A DNA stretch of 64,000 nt from Anaerolineae bacterium. Its GTDB lineage: Bacteria > Chloroflexota > Anaerolineae > Aggregatilineales > Phototrophicaceae. The DNA is taken from positions 103,942 to 167,941 of the forward strand of contig JASNZW010000006.1 of assembly GCA_048499435.1 (NCBI GenBank). Direction: 5' to 3'. Below are positions 38,340 to 48,189 of the stretch, piece after piece (the first letter of the stretch is position 1; every line of letters starts with the position of its first letter). The notes below the pieces were generated by a model. That model saw only the letters and a program-made list of their open reading frames with translations, made no database searches and was not told the DNA's origin. A program made the translations under genes and the position numbers.

Positions 38340-39359
38340 ATGACACGCACAGTATTTGTAACCGGCGGGACCGGGTTCCTGGGGCGGCATCTCGTTCCGG
38401 CGCTGTGCCGGGCGGGGCACACGGTGCGCGTGCTGACGCGCCAGCCGCAGGCCGCCGCCTGGCTGCGGCGTTATCCGCGCGCGGTCGCTGTCAGCGGCGA
38501 CCTGCGCCAGCCGGACACGTTCAGCGCGGCGCTGGCGGGCTGCCAGTGGGTAGTGCACGCCGGCGGCCTGTTTAGTTTCTGGGGCCGCGCGCAGGGCTTT
38601 CAGGATGTAAACGTAACGGGGACGGAAAACCTGCTGCGCGCCGCCGCCGCCGCTGGCGTTGAACGGCTGGTGCATATTTCGACGGCGGCGGTCATTGGCA
38701 CGCCTGACCCAACGCAGCCGATGGACGAGACCTATCCCCCGCGCCCGGTGGAGCCGTACCAGGTGAGCAAGCTGATGGGCGAGGCGGCGGCCCTGCGCTG
38801 GCAGCGCGAGCGCGGCCTGCCGGTGGTGGTGCTGCGGCCGGGCGCGTATTACGGTCCGCTGGGGCACTACGCTTTTAACCGCCTGTTTTTCCGGGACCCC
38901 ATGCGCGGCATCATTATGCAGGTGGACGGCGGGCGCTATATTCAGTTTCCGGTGTACATCGCGGACGCGGCGCAGGCGGTGCTGTTGGCGTTCGAGCGCG
39001 GGCGCCCTGGCGAGATCTATCACATCTGCGACGAGTGGATTACACACCGCGAGGCGTTCGACATTGTGTGCGCCGAGGCTGGCCTGCGCTGGCCGCGCCT
39101 GTCGATTCCAGGCTGGCTGGGCGTGGGGACGGCTAAAGCGATGAGCGCTGTGGGCGCACTGCTGGGGCATGAGCCGTTCTGGCCCATCAATTTGCGGTCC
39201 TATGTGTACAATTACTGGCGGATTTCCAGCGCGAAGGCGCGGCGCGAGCTGGGTTTCGCGCCGGTTGGTTTTCACGAGGGCGCGCGGCGGACGGTGGCGT
39301 GGTACCGCGCTGGGCAGCCAGAACGCCTGGCGGAACTGGAGTGCAGCGGCGATGATTGA
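38340..39359 (+). CDS. NAD-dependent epimerase/dehydratase-family SDR
   Basis: 339 aa. VFVTGGTGFLGRHLV, and YxxxK in PYQVSKLMGE. Confidence 0.82.
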   Translation: MTRTVFVTGGTGFLGRHLVPALCRAGHTVRVLTRQPQAAAWLRRYPRAVAVSGDLRQPDTFSAALAGCQWVVHAGGLFSFWGRAQGFQDVNVTGTENLLRAAAAAGVERLVHISTAAVIGTPDPTQPMDETYPPRPVEPYQVSKLMGEAAALRWQRERGLPVVVLRPGAYYGPLGHYAFNRLFFRDPMRGIIMQVDGGRYIQFPVYIADAAQAVLLAFERGRPGEIYHICDEWITHREAFDIVCAEAGLRWPRLSIPGWLGVGTAKAMSAVGALLGHEPFWPINLRSYVYNYWRISSAKARRELGFAPVGFHEGARRTVAWYRAGQPERLAELECSGDD

Positions 39360-40617
39360 TGAAGTCAGGATTTTTGTGCGCAGCGGCAGCGGCGGCGACG
39401 GGCTGATCCACTTTCGGCGCGAGAAGTACGTCCCGCGCGGCGGCCCGGCGGGCGGCGACGGCGGGCGCGGCGGCGATGTCGTGCTGAAGGTGAACCCGAA
39501 GCTGAACACGCTGGCGCACTTTCAGCACCGCAGCCACTACCACGCGGACAGCGGCAAGCGCGGCGGGGCCAATAACCGCACCGGGGCCAGCGGCGGCGCT
39601 TTGGAAATCGAAGTGCCGGCGGGAACGGTGGTGCGCGACGCTGAGACCGGCGCGCTGATCGCTGACCTGGTGCGCGCGGATGACCGGGTGGTGATCGTGG
39701 TTGGCGGGCGCGGCGGGCGCGGCAATGCGCGCTTTGCGACCTCAGCGCACCAGGCCCCGCGGGTGGCGGAGAAGGGCGAACCCGGCGAAGAACGCTGGCT
39801 GAAGCTGGAACTCAGGCTGATCGCGGATGTCGGGCTGGTGGGCGTCCCGAACGCGGGCAAATCAACGCTGCTGTCGGTAGTGAGCAACGCGCGCCCTAAG
39901 ATCGCGGATTACCCGTTCACCACGCTGGAGCCGAACCTGGGCGTCGTGGCGTACGATGATCGCGACCTGGTGGTGGCCGACATCCCCGGCCTGATCGAAG
40001 GGGCGCATCTGGGGGTGGGGCTGGGGCACGCCTTTCTGCGCCACGTGCAGCGGACGCGCGTGCTGGTGCATCTGCTGGACGGGGCCAGCGCCGACCCGCT
40101 GGCGGACTACAACCAGATCAACGTTGAGCTGTCGCTGTACGACGAGCACCTGCTGGCTAAACCGCAGATTGTAGCCTTCAACAAGATTGACCTGCCGGAG
40201 GCGCAGGCGCGCTGGCCGCAGGTGCAGGCGGCGCTGCGCGCGCGCGGCGTGGACGCGCTGGTGATCTCGGCGCTGGCGCGGCAGGGCGTGCGCGAGCTGA
40301 TGCAGCGCGTGTTACAGGTGATAGACGCGCTGCCGCCGGAGGACCTGAGCGCGCGCGCCGCCGAAACGCCGCTTTATGAGCTGCCGGAGAGCGAACTCAC
40401 CTTTACGATCGCGCGCGAGCCGGACGGCAGCTACCGGGTGCGCGGCAAGCGCATCGAGCGGGCGGCGGCCATGACTTACTGGGACTACGACGAAGCCGTC
40501 GCCCGTTTCCAGAACATTCTGGAGGCGATGGGCGTCACGGCGGCGCTGGAGCGGGCCGGGGTGCAGGTGGGCGACACGGTTTATATCGGCGAACACGAAC
40601 TGGAATGGGCAGAGTGA
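39352..40617 (+). CDS. obg: GTPase Obg/CgtA
   Basis: Internal ATG 39352 gives MIDEVRIFVRSGSGGDGLIHFRREKYVPRGGPAGGDGGRGGDV. GVPNAGKST, DIPGLIEGA and NKID. The longer ORF-track N-terminus overlaps the SDR gene. Confidence 0.93.
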   Translation: MIDEVRIFVRSGSGGDGLIHFRREKYVPRGGPAGGDGGRGGDVVLKVNPKLNTLAHFQHRSHYHADSGKRGGANNRTGASGGALEIEVPAGTVVRDAETGALIADLVRADDRVVIVVGGRGGRGNARFATSAHQAPRVAEKGEPGEERWLKLELRLIADVGLVGVPNAGKSTLLSVVSNARPKIADYPFTTLEPNLGVVAYDDRDLVVADIPGLIEGAHLGVGLGHAFLRHVQRTRVLVHLLDGASADPLADYNQINVELSLYDEHLLAKPQIVAFNKIDLPEAQARWPQVQAALRARGVDALVISALARQGVRELMQRVLQVIDALPPEDLSARAAETPLYELPESELTFTIAREPDGSYRVRGKRIERAAAMTYWDYDEAVARFQNILEAMGVTAALERAGVQVGDTVYIGEHELEWAE

Positions 40618-41234
40618 GCGCACAAACGCCGCGCGCGGTTGGCATTCTGGGCGGGACGTTTGACCCGCCGCATATCGGCCATCTCATCCTGGGCGAGTAC
40701 GCCGTTGAGGCGCTGGACCTGGACTGCCTGCTGTATGTGCCGGCGGCAGACCCGCCGCATAAGCGCGACCGGCGCAAGACATCGGTCGCGCACCGGCTGG
40801 CGATGCTGCGCCTGGCGCTGAGCGACAACCGACATTTCTGCCTGTCGCGTATTGACCTGGACCGGCCCGGCCCGCACTATTCGCTTGACATGGTGCGCAT
40901 CGCGCAGGCCCAGTATCCAGACGCAAAGCTGTACTTTGTAATGGGCGGCGATTCGCTGCGCGACCTGCCCACCTGGAACCGGCCCGCAGAGCTGCTGACG
41001 CTGTGCTGGTTCGCGGTGATGGAACGGCCGGGCGAGGACGTTGACCCGCATATGCACGACGCGGCGCTGCCGGGGCTGGCGCAGCGGGTGATAATCCTGA
41101 AGACGCCGGTGCTGGAGATTTCGTCCAGCGAGATTATCAGCCGCCTGCGGGAAGGCCGCAGCGTGCGCTATCTTGTGCCCGACAGCGTGCTGGCGTATAT
41201 CGCCCGGCACGAACTCTATCACGACGAGGGCTGA
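40605..41234 (+). CDS. nadD: nicotinate-nucleotide adenylyltransferase
   Basis: 209 aa. GILGGTFDPPHIGH and ISSSEIISRL. Conserved obg-nadD adjacency. Alternative GTG start at 40614. Confidence 0.9.
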   Translation: MGRVSAQTPRAVGILGGTFDPPHIGHLILGEYAVEALDLDCLLYVPAADPPHKRDRRKTSVAHRLAMLRLALSDNRHFCLSRIDLDRPGPHYSLDMVRIAQAQYPDAKLYFVMGGDSLRDLPTWNRPAELLTLCWFAVMERPGEDVDPHMHDAALPGLAQRVIILKTPVLEISSSEIISRLREGRSVRYLVPDSVLAYIARHELYHDEG

Positions 41235-41235
41235 C

Positions 41236-42993
41236 ATGCGACACGGTATTGTGATTGGCGCGGCGCTGCTGGCGCTGCTGGTGATGCCGGCGGCGCTGCG
41301 CGGCCAGCCGCCGCGCCCGGCGGAACAGGGCGCAGTCCCCACGCTGATCCCGCCGACGCCTATTCCCACGCAGGACGCCGGCCTGCGCGACGCGCTGGCA
41401 GCGGAGTCGGCGCTGGCGCGCATCCAGAGCGAGGGGCGCGTGCGGGTGGGGATTCTGTTTAACGAGCCGCCGTTCGGGCTGCTCAATATTCGCGGCGATG
41501 TGTCCGGTTTTGACGCTGACCTGGCGCGCAGCCTGGGCGATCTGTGGGGCGTGGACGTGGAGCTGGTGCAGGTCACGCGCCAGACGGACAGCGAGATGCT
41601 GCTGAGCGGCATGGTGGACATGCTGGTGGCGGCGCAGGTACACGACCGCCAGTCTGACGCGCTTATGGAGTTCAGCCACACGTATTATCGCGACGCGCAG
41701 GCCGTGATGGTGCGCGGTGATGACGGCGCTGCCGCGCTGGCGGATCTGGCGAACCGGCGTCTGGGCGTGGTGATGGCGCGCCCTGGCGAGGGCGCGGTGC
41801 AGGCATGGCAGCAGCGCACCGGCCTCAACGCGACGGTGCAGGCGTTTCCGACCCTGGAGCGCGCGTATGTAGCGCTGGTGGCCGGCGAGATTGACGGGGT
41901 GGTGGGCAGCCGGGTAGACCTGCACGCGATCCTTCAGCCGGGGGTGGCGAAGATCCTTGCCGAGGACATGCTGGCGCAGCCTTATGCGATCGCGGTGCGG
42001 CGGCAGGACGCCAGCCTGCGGGCGCTGGTGAACCGCTCGCTGCAGTTTCTGGCGCGCAGCGGGCGGCTGAACGAGATTTACCAGTCGAATTTCCCCGGCT
42101 CTACTTACCCGCCGGGGTTGATCCCGGAGTGGGCCAACCTGGGCGACGACGCGCCGCAGCCGGGCCAGCACGCGGCTGCAATCGCTTATCCGGCGCAGTA
42201 CACGGTTGCCCGACTGCAATCAGGCCAGCCGCTGCGTGTAGGCGGCATCCAGGAAGTGCCGGCGGGCGCGCACGAGAGCGAGCGGCGGCTGGCGGCTGTT
42301 AACCGGGCGGTGGTTGAGGCGCTGGCCGCGCGCTGGGGCGTCGCGGTCGAGTATGTGGACAGCGACCCCGCCGCCGCGCTCGACCGGCTGGCGGCGGGCG
42401 AGATTGACCTGGCGGCGGGCGTGACGCCGGACTGGACGCGGGCCGACCGGGTGGATTTCACCGGCGCGTATCTGCTGCACGGCGACCGGCTGCTGGTGAA
42501 GAAGAACAGCGATATCGAGAGTTTCAATGAGCTGCGCGGCGGGCGCTGGGTGGGGATTTTCGCCAGCGAGCCGGGCGCGGCGGACCGGGTCAACGCGCTG
42601 GCGGAGAGCGTGAACACGGCGGTGAATATTTACACCATCGTGCGTGAGGAAGATGTCTGGTTTCACATTCTCGAAGATCAGAACATGGATGTGGCGTTTG
42701 GCGACAGCCTGAAGCTGATTCCGCATGTGCAGGCGTACCCGGATAACTTCCGGCTGACGACGCGCTGCCCTAACTGCGACCCCTGGTATTCGCGCCAGTA
42801 TGTGGCGTTCGGCGTGCCGCTTAACGATGTGGACTTCCGCCTGCTGGTGGAGTACACCCTGCAAGAGCTGTTCAGCGACGGCACGCTGCCGGAGCTGCTG
42901 CGCCCGGTTATGCTGCCGGAGGACGTTCCCGCGCCGGATGTGTGGCCCGGTCCGGCGTCGTTTCTGGGATATTCGCTGCGGCTGACGGGTTAG
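41236..42993 (+). CDS. secreted protein with two tandem family-3 solute-binding (amino-acid ABC SBP-like) domains
   Basis: ATG 41236 gives the signal-like MRHGIVIGAALLALLVMPAALRG. Two copies of the RVGI...PPF...G...GFD.DLA pattern (~res 60-290 and ~330-560). Confidence 0.75.
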   Translation: MRHGIVIGAALLALLVMPAALRGQPPRPAEQGAVPTLIPPTPIPTQDAGLRDALAAESALARIQSEGRVRVGILFNEPPFGLLNIRGDVSGFDADLARSLGDLWGVDVELVQVTRQTDSEMLLSGMVDMLVAAQVHDRQSDALMEFSHTYYRDAQAVMVRGDDGAAALADLANRRLGVVMARPGEGAVQAWQQRTGLNATVQAFPTLERAYVALVAGEIDGVVGSRVDLHAILQPGVAKILAEDMLAQPYAIAVRRQDASLRALVNRSLQFLARSGRLNEIYQSNFPGSTYPPGLIPEWANLGDDAPQPGQHAAAIAYPAQYTVARLQSGQPLRVGGIQEVPAGAHESERRLAAVNRAVVEALAARWGVAVEYVDSDPAAALDRLAAGEIDLAAGVTPDWTRADRVDFTGAYLLHGDRLLVKKNSDIESFNELRGGRWVGIFASEPGAADRVNALAESVNTAVNIYTIVREEDVWFHILEDQNMDVAFGDSLKLIPHVQAYPDNFRLTTRCPNCDPWYSRQYVAFGVPLNDVDFRLLVEYTLQELFSDGTLPELLRPVMLPEDVPAPDVWPGPASFLGYSLRLTG

Positions 42994-43903
42994 ACTGGCC
43001 CAGCGTCGCCAGCACCACGCCGGCCATGACGACGGCGCTGCCGGCGATTTGCAGCGGGCGCGGCATTTCCTGGAACAGCAGCAGCGCCAGCGCCGCGCTT
43101 ATCACCGGCTCAAGCTGGGTGGCGATGCCGACATAGGTTGCCGACACATATTCCAGCACATAATTAAACGCCGAGTGGCCGATAAGCTGGGGGATGAGCG
43201 CCAGCGCCAGCAGCAGCGCGTAGCCAGTGGGGCTGTGGCCGGTGAGCGACGCGCCGCTGAGGAACACAGCGATCAGCGCGGTGATGGCGGCGACGCCGTA
43301 CACCAGCCAGATATAGGGCAGCAGCGGCAGGCGGGCGCGGACGCTGCGCCCGATCACCAGATAGACCGACACCGCCAGCGCGCCGGCCAGCGCCAGGGCG
43401 CTGCCCAGCAGCGGGCTGCTGCCCAGCGCGACGCCCGCGTCCGCGCCCGGCAGGCTGATAATCACGGAGCCGATGACGGCCAGCAGCATGCCGCCCAGCA
43501 CCAGCCGCGTGACCGCCGCCCGCAGGAAGATAGCTTCCAGGCCGGCGCTCCACAGCGGCGATGTGGTCACCAGCACCACGCTGACCAGCACGCTGGTGTG
43601 TTCCAGCGACGTAATCCACAGGATAAAGTGCAGCCCCAGGAAAACCCCCGCCACGCTGACCAGCAGCAGGTCGCGGCGGCGCAGCCCGCGCAGGTGACGC
43701 TGGTAGCGCCGCAGGGTGAAGGGGGTGAGAATCAGCGCGGCGATGACCAGGCGGCCCGCCGCGATCACCAGCGACGGCACGCCCTCGCCCTGCGCCATGC
43801 GGATGAAGATCGAAGCCAGCGAGACGGCCAGCAGCCCCAACGCCAGCACGACATAGGCGCGCATGGGCGGGGCGGCAGGGCGGGGCAGGGCGGTGTCGGT
43901 CAT
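42908..43903 (-). CDS. EamA/DMT-family transporter
   Basis: About 10 hydrophobic helices in two EamA-like halves. Start chosen at ATG 43903 (MTDTAL..). Alternatives are 43966 and 43864. Confidence 0.78.
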   Translation of the reverse strand: MTDTALPRPAAPPMRAYVVLALGLLAVSLASIFIRMAQGEGVPSLVIAAGRLVIAALILTPFTLRRYQRHLRGLRRRDLLLVSVAGVFLGLHFILWITSLEHTSVLVSVVLVTTSPLWSAGLEAIFLRAAVTRLVLGGMLLAVIGSVIISLPGADAGVALGSSPLLGSALALAGALAVSVYLVIGRSVRARLPLLPYIWLVYGVAAITALIAVFLSGASLTGHSPTGYALLLALALIPQLIGHSAFNYVLEYVSATYVGIATQLEPVISAALALLLFQEMPRPLQIAGSAVVMAGVVLATLGQSNPSAAANIPETTPDRATHPARERPPAA

Positions 43904-44102
43904 GGCGGCGGACCTTTGCGCGGAGCAGAGAGGGCAAATGCTACCACCGCGCCCGATGCCGGTCAAAGCCCGCCCGTGTGGCCGCTGGCGCGGGCTGTTC
44001 TCACAGTACTCTCATAATCCAAAGGAGGGCGTTTTTTACCTTTTGCTAATACGAGTGTGCTAGGATGGAAACAGTTATCCTTTACGGACAGGAGAAAACA
44101 GC

Positions 44103-44717
44103 ATGGCTTTTGAACTGCCTCCGCTGCCCTATGCGTTCGAAGCGCTCGAACCGCATATTGACGCGCGCACAATGGAGATTCACCACGACAAGCATCATGG
44201 CGCTTACACCAACAACCTGAACGCCGCGCTGGAAGGCCACCCCGGCCTGCAGAGCAAGACTATCGAGGCGCTGCTGGCCGACCTGAACAGCGTGCCGGAA
44301 GCCATCCGCACGACGGTGCGCAACAACGGCGGCGGCTACGCGAACCACAACCTGTTCTGGGTGACGATGGCCCCCGGCGGCAGCAGCGACATCAGCGCCG
44401 AGCTGCAGGCCGCTGTCGAGAAGAAATTCGGCAGCGTGGATGCGTTCAAAGAAGAATTCGGCAAGGCGGCCGCCACCCGGTTTGGCTCTGGCTGGGCGTG
44501 GCTGGTGGCGGAGAAGGACGGCAGCGTATACGTCACCTCGACGCCGAACCAGGACACGCCGCTGATGGAGGGCAAGACGCCGATCCTCGGCCTGGATGTG
44601 TGGGAGCACGCCTACTATCTCAATTATCAGAACCGCCGCGCTGATTACATCAAGGCGTGGTGGCATGTGGTGAACTGGGGCGAGGTGTCGCGGCGCTACG
44701 CCGCCGCTAAGGGCTGA
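44103..44717 (+). CDS. sodA: Fe/Mn superoxide dismutase
   Basis: 204 aa. [27 protein letters not shown] and DVWEHAYYL. Confidence 0.95.
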   Translation: MAFELPPLPYAFEALEPHIDARTMEIHHDKHHGAYTNNLNAALEGHPGLQSKTIEALLADLNSVPEAIRTTVRNNGGGYANHNLFWVTMAPGGSSDISAELQAAVEKKFGSVDAFKEEFGKAAATRFGSGWAWLVAEKDGSVYVTSTPNQDTPLMEGKTPILGLDVWEHAYYLNYQNRRADYIKAWWHVVNWGEVSRRYAAAKG

Positions 44718-44752
44718 AGCCCGCGCTGGCGGTAATTTCACAAAGCATGAAA

Positions 44753-44783
44753 AGGCGTTACAATCGTAGCGCCTTTTTATTTG
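44753..44783 (+). terminator. rho-independent terminator after sodA
   Basis: AGGCGTTAC (44753-44761) pairs with GTAGCGCCT (44766-44774; one G-U), a 4-nt loop, then TTTTTATTT. It lies inside the ORF-track N-terminal extension of the next gene. Confidence 0.75.
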
Positions 44784-44845
44784 TCGCTAACGGATTATTA
44801 CGCCGAACGTTTGTTTTGTGCTGCATAAGAGGAGTGCATCAGGAA

Positions 44846-46261
44846 ATGTCTGACTACCGGATCGAAAAGGACTCGTTGGGCGCGGTTCAGGTTCCCGCGG
44901 GCGCGTATTATGCCGCGCAGACGCAGCGCGCCGTGCTGAACTTCCCGGTGAGCGGGATGCGCCCATACCCGGCGTTCATCTGGGGCATGGCGATCATCAA
45001 GCGGGCGGCGGCGGAGGTGCATAAGGACCTGGGCCTGCTGGACGCGCGGCTGGCCGACGCCATTATGCAGGCCGCCGATGAGGTGCTGGCCGGCAAGTAT
45101 AACAACCAGTTTGTAGTGGACCCGTTCCAGGCCGGGGCCGGGACCAGCCACAATATGAACACCAATGAGGTGATCGCCAACCGCGCTGACGAAATTCTGG
45201 GCTACAAGCTGGACGACAGCAGCAAGCCGGTAAACCCGAACGATCACGTCAACATGGCGCAGAGCACCAACGACACCATCCCCACGGCCATTCGCCTGGG
45301 CGTGCTGTGGCGGCTGGACGAGCTGATCGCCGCGCTGGAGACGTGCGCGGCGGCGTTTCGCGCCAAAGCGGCCGAGACCGACAATGTGGTGAAAAGCGGG
45401 CGCACGCACCTTCAGGACGCCGTTCCGATCCGCATGGGGCAGGAATTTGGCGCGTATGCGAAGGCGCTGGAGCGCAACATCGAGAAGATCAGGGTGGCGG
45501 CGGAGGGGCTGCGGCGGCTGGGCATCGGCGGCACGGCTAACGGAACCGGCCTCAACGCGCACCCAGAGTATCACGGGCGCATGGTGCGGAAGATCACGGC
45601 GCTGACGGGCATCACGCTCTACGAGAGCGATGACCTGTTCGAGTCTATGCAGTCCATGCAGGACGCGACCTTTTTCTCCAGCGCGCTGCGGACGGCGGCG
45701 CAGGACCTGACGCGCATCGCCAACGACATTCGACTGCTGTCCAGCGGGCCGACAACCGGCCTGGCGGAGATCACCTGCCCGACGGTGCAGCCCGGTTCCT
45801 CGATCATGCCGGGCAAGGTCAACCCGGCGCTGGCTGAGATGCTCAATATGGCCATGTTCCACGTCATGGGCTGTGACCTGACGGTGCTGCTGGGGGCGCA
45901 GGCCGGCCAGCTTGAGCTGAATGTGATGATGCCGATTATCGCGCACAACCTGTTCGAGATGATGCACGTGATGATCGGCTCGGTGAACGCCTTCACCGAG
46001 AAGTGCGTAGTGGGCCTCATCATCAACCGCGAGAAGGCCGAGAGCTGGCTGACGAAGAACCCGATTCTGGTGACGGCGCTCAACCCGATCATCGGCTATC
46101 TGAAGGGCGCTGAGGTGGCGAAGAAGGCGCTGGCCGAGGACCGCAGCATCCGCGAGATCGTGCTGGAGCTGGGCTACATGGACGAAGCCGAGCTTGACAA
46201 GGCGCTTGACGCTTACGCGATGACCAAAGGCGGCATTCAGGGTATCAGCGCGGGCGGCTGA
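44846..46261 (+). CDS. class II fumarase/aspartase-family lyase (aspartate ammonia-lyase-like)
   Basis: ATG 44846 (MSDYRIEKDSLG..). TSHNMNTNEV, and signature GSSIMPGKVNP. I cannot separate AspA from FumC by eye. Confidence 0.85.
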   Translation: MSDYRIEKDSLGAVQVPAGAYYAAQTQRAVLNFPVSGMRPYPAFIWGMAIIKRAAAEVHKDLGLLDARLADAIMQAADEVLAGKYNNQFVVDPFQAGAGTSHNMNTNEVIANRADEILGYKLDDSSKPVNPNDHVNMAQSTNDTIPTAIRLGVLWRLDELIAALETCAAAFRAKAAETDNVVKSGRTHLQDAVPIRMGQEFGAYAKALERNIEKIRVAAEGLRRLGIGGTANGTGLNAHPEYHGRMVRKITALTGITLYESDDLFESMQSMQDATFFSSALRTAAQDLTRIANDIRLLSSGPTTGLAEITCPTVQPGSSIMPGKVNPALAEMLNMAMFHVMGCDLTVLLGAQAGQLELNVMMPIIAHNLFEMMHVMIGSVNAFTEKCVVGLIINREKAESWLTKNPILVTALNPIIGYLKGAEVAKKALAEDRSIREIVLELGYMDEAELDKALDAYAMTKGGIQGISAGG

Positions 46262-46279
46262 CGCGGCGGCGCGAAAACG

Positions 46280-46324
46280 GGCGGGGCGGCTGTGTGCCCG
46301 GCTGGTTTGGGCCGCCGCCCCGCC
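46280..46324 (+). terminator. GC-rich hairpin after the lyase gene (no U-tract)
   Basis: GGCGGGGCGGC (46280-46290) pairs with GCCGCCCCGCC (46314-46324), a 23-nt loop. Confidence 0.35.
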
Positions 46325-46431
46325 AGATGGTGAATTGAGCCAGCGAGTGATCTAGAGTATACTGGTGACAGGCGCAGCGGTTTCCGTGCCAGCCTGACCT
46401 TGCATTTCACCTTAAGGTTTTTAGCGTACTC

Positions 46432-48186
46432 GTGTCGAACCGGAAACTGGGAAAATACGAGATTGTCGAGCGCCTGGGGCGCGGCGGCATGGCGGAGGTC
46501 TACCGGGCCTATCACGCCAACCTTGATCGGTATGTGGCGATTAAGGTGCTGCACGCTTTTCTGGCCGATGATCCCGAATTCAAAGAGCGCTTCCTGCGCG
46601 AGGCGCAGAACGTGGCGCGGCTCAAGCACGCCCACATCGTACAGGTCTACGACTTTGATTACGATGTGGAGAGCGAGAGCTATTACATGGTCATGGAGCT
46701 GATTGACGGGCCGACGCTCAAGGAACGGCTGACCGGGCTGGCCGGCAGCGGCAGGGTTATCCCGTTCGTTGAGACCGTGCGCATCGTGCGCGAGGCCGCT
46801 TCAGCGCTGGCCTATGCCCACAGCCGGGGCATGATTCACCGCGACGTCAAGCCGGCCAACCTGATGCTGGACCATGACAGCCGCGTGGTGCTGACGGACT
46901 TCGGCATCGCCAAGATTGTGACCGGCGCGCAGTTCACCAACAGCGGCGGAATGGTGGGGACGCCCGCTTATATGGCCCCGGAGCAGGGCCTGGGCGAGCC
47001 GGGCGATGAACGCTCTGACCTGTACTCGCTGGGCGTGATTCTCTACCAGCTTCTGACGGGCCAGATACCGTTCGAGGCTGAGGCGCCGCTGGCCGTTATC
47101 CTCAAGCACCTGAATGACCCGATTCCGCTGGCCCGCGATTCTAACCCCGATTACCCCGAAACCGTTGACGCGGTGATCGCCCGGCTGATGGCGAAGAACC
47201 CCGCCGAGCGCTACCAGACAGCCGCTGACCTGATCACGGACCTGGAGCGCATTGAGCAGGACGCTGGCGGGCAGGTGGCGCGTTCGATTGTTTACCAACC
47301 GGCAGCGCTGAGCGCCGCCGAATACGATACCATGCCGTTAGCGTCCGCTGCCGCCGGCGGGCAGGGCGGCCCGCGCCGCCGCCAGCGGGTCCCGCTGTGG
47401 CTGGCGGGCGGGGTGGCTGCCGGGTTGATTCTGGTGGGCGGCTATGCGCTGGCGGTCAATGGCAGCCTGCCGCTGCTGGCCGGCCTGCTGGCGTCGCCAA
47501 CGCCCACCGCGACGCTGACCGCAGCGGCGACCGTAACGCCGACGCTGGACTACACCGAAACCCCAACGGCCACGTCAACCGCGACCGTGACGACCACGCC
47601 GTCCGCCACCGCGACCACTACGCCGACGGCGACGGGAACGCCCACGCTCACAGCCACGCCAACGCTGACACCGACCAGCACGGCCACGCCGACGGCGACC
47701 GACACGCTCACGCCGGCGCGCACGGCCACGCCGACCAACACGCCAACGATCACGCTGACGCCGACGATCACGCTGACGGCCACGCCCGACCTGACGCAGA
47801 CGCTGATTCAGGCGACGATCGTGCTGGAGATTCAAACGGCGACAATCGCGGCCTGCGACTTTGACTACGCCATAATTGAGCAGACGCCGGCTGATGGCGA
47901 TTACTTCCGCGCCGACAGGCTGTATGAGCGCGAGATTCGGCTGCTTAACACCGGCACCTGTCCCTGGGAGCGCAACACGTCGCTGGTGTTTATCGAGGGT
48001 GAGGATTTCGACGCGCAGCGCATCTTCCTGCGCGAACGGGTGAACCCCGGCAGCGAGGTAACGATCACGTTTGCTGGGCGCACACCCCAGACGGGCGGCC
48101 TGCGCGCTGGCACGTGGGAACTGCGCACCCCCGGCCAGATTCTTATTGGAAAACCGCTGGTGATCAGTATTTTTACGTTCGAGTGA
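46432..48186 (+). CDS. Hanks-type Ser/Thr protein kinase with TM helix, Thr/Pro linker and C-terminal Ig-like (NBR1-like?) domain
   Basis: 584 aa, GTG start. GRGGMAEVY, AIKVL, HRDVKPANLM, DFGIAK and GTPAYMAPE. TM helix WLAGGVAAGLILVGGYALAV. Confidence 0.9.
   Translation: MSNRKLGKYEIVERLGRGGMAEVYRAYHANLDRYVAIKVLHAFLADDPEFKERFLREAQNVARLKHAHIVQVYDFDYDVESESYYMVMELIDGPTLKERLTGLAGSGRVIPFVETVRIVREAASALAYAHSRGMIHRDVKPANLMLDHDSRVVLTDFGIAKIVTGAQFTNSGGMVGTPAYMAPEQGLGEPGDERSDLYSLGVILYQLLTGQIPFEAEAPLAVILKHLNDPIPLARDSNPDYPETVDAVIARLMAKNPAERYQTAADLITDLERIEQDAGGQVARSIVYQPAALSAAEYDTMPLASAAAGGQGGPRRRQRVPLWLAGGVAAGLILVGGYALAVNGSLPLLAGLLASPTPTATLTAAATVTPTLDYTETPTATSTATVTTTPSATATTTPTATGTPTLTATPTLTPTSTATPTATDTLTPARTATPTNTPTITLTPTITLTATPDLTQTLIQATIVLEIQTATIAACDFDYAIIEQTPADGDYFRADRLYEREIRLLNTGTCPWERNTSLVFIEGEDFDAQRIFLRERVNPGSEVTITFAGRTPQTGGLRAGTWELRTPGQILIGKPLVISIFTFE
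47491..47790 (+). repeat. low-complexity Thr/Pro/Ala linker-coding region (ACG/CCG/GCC-rich degenerate repeats)
   Basis: Encodes ASPTPTATLTAAATVTPT...TPTITLTPTITLTATPD. Confidence 0.75.
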
Positions 48187-48189
48187 GGT

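Noticed and set aside
44062-44081. Inverted repeat AGGAT-N10-ATCCT just upstream of sodA as a Fur/PerR-type box.
   Set aside because: It has only 5-bp arms and no resemblance to the Fur/PerR consensus, so it could easily arise by chance.
47491-47790. Degenerate short repeats (ACGCCGAC-type), also at 16150-16325 and 54290-54400. I considered them as a possible CRISPR or tandem-repeat array.
   Set aside because: They lie in frame inside long ORFs and encode Thr/Pro/Ala linkers. They have no regular repeat-spacer periodicity and no cas genes are in the window.
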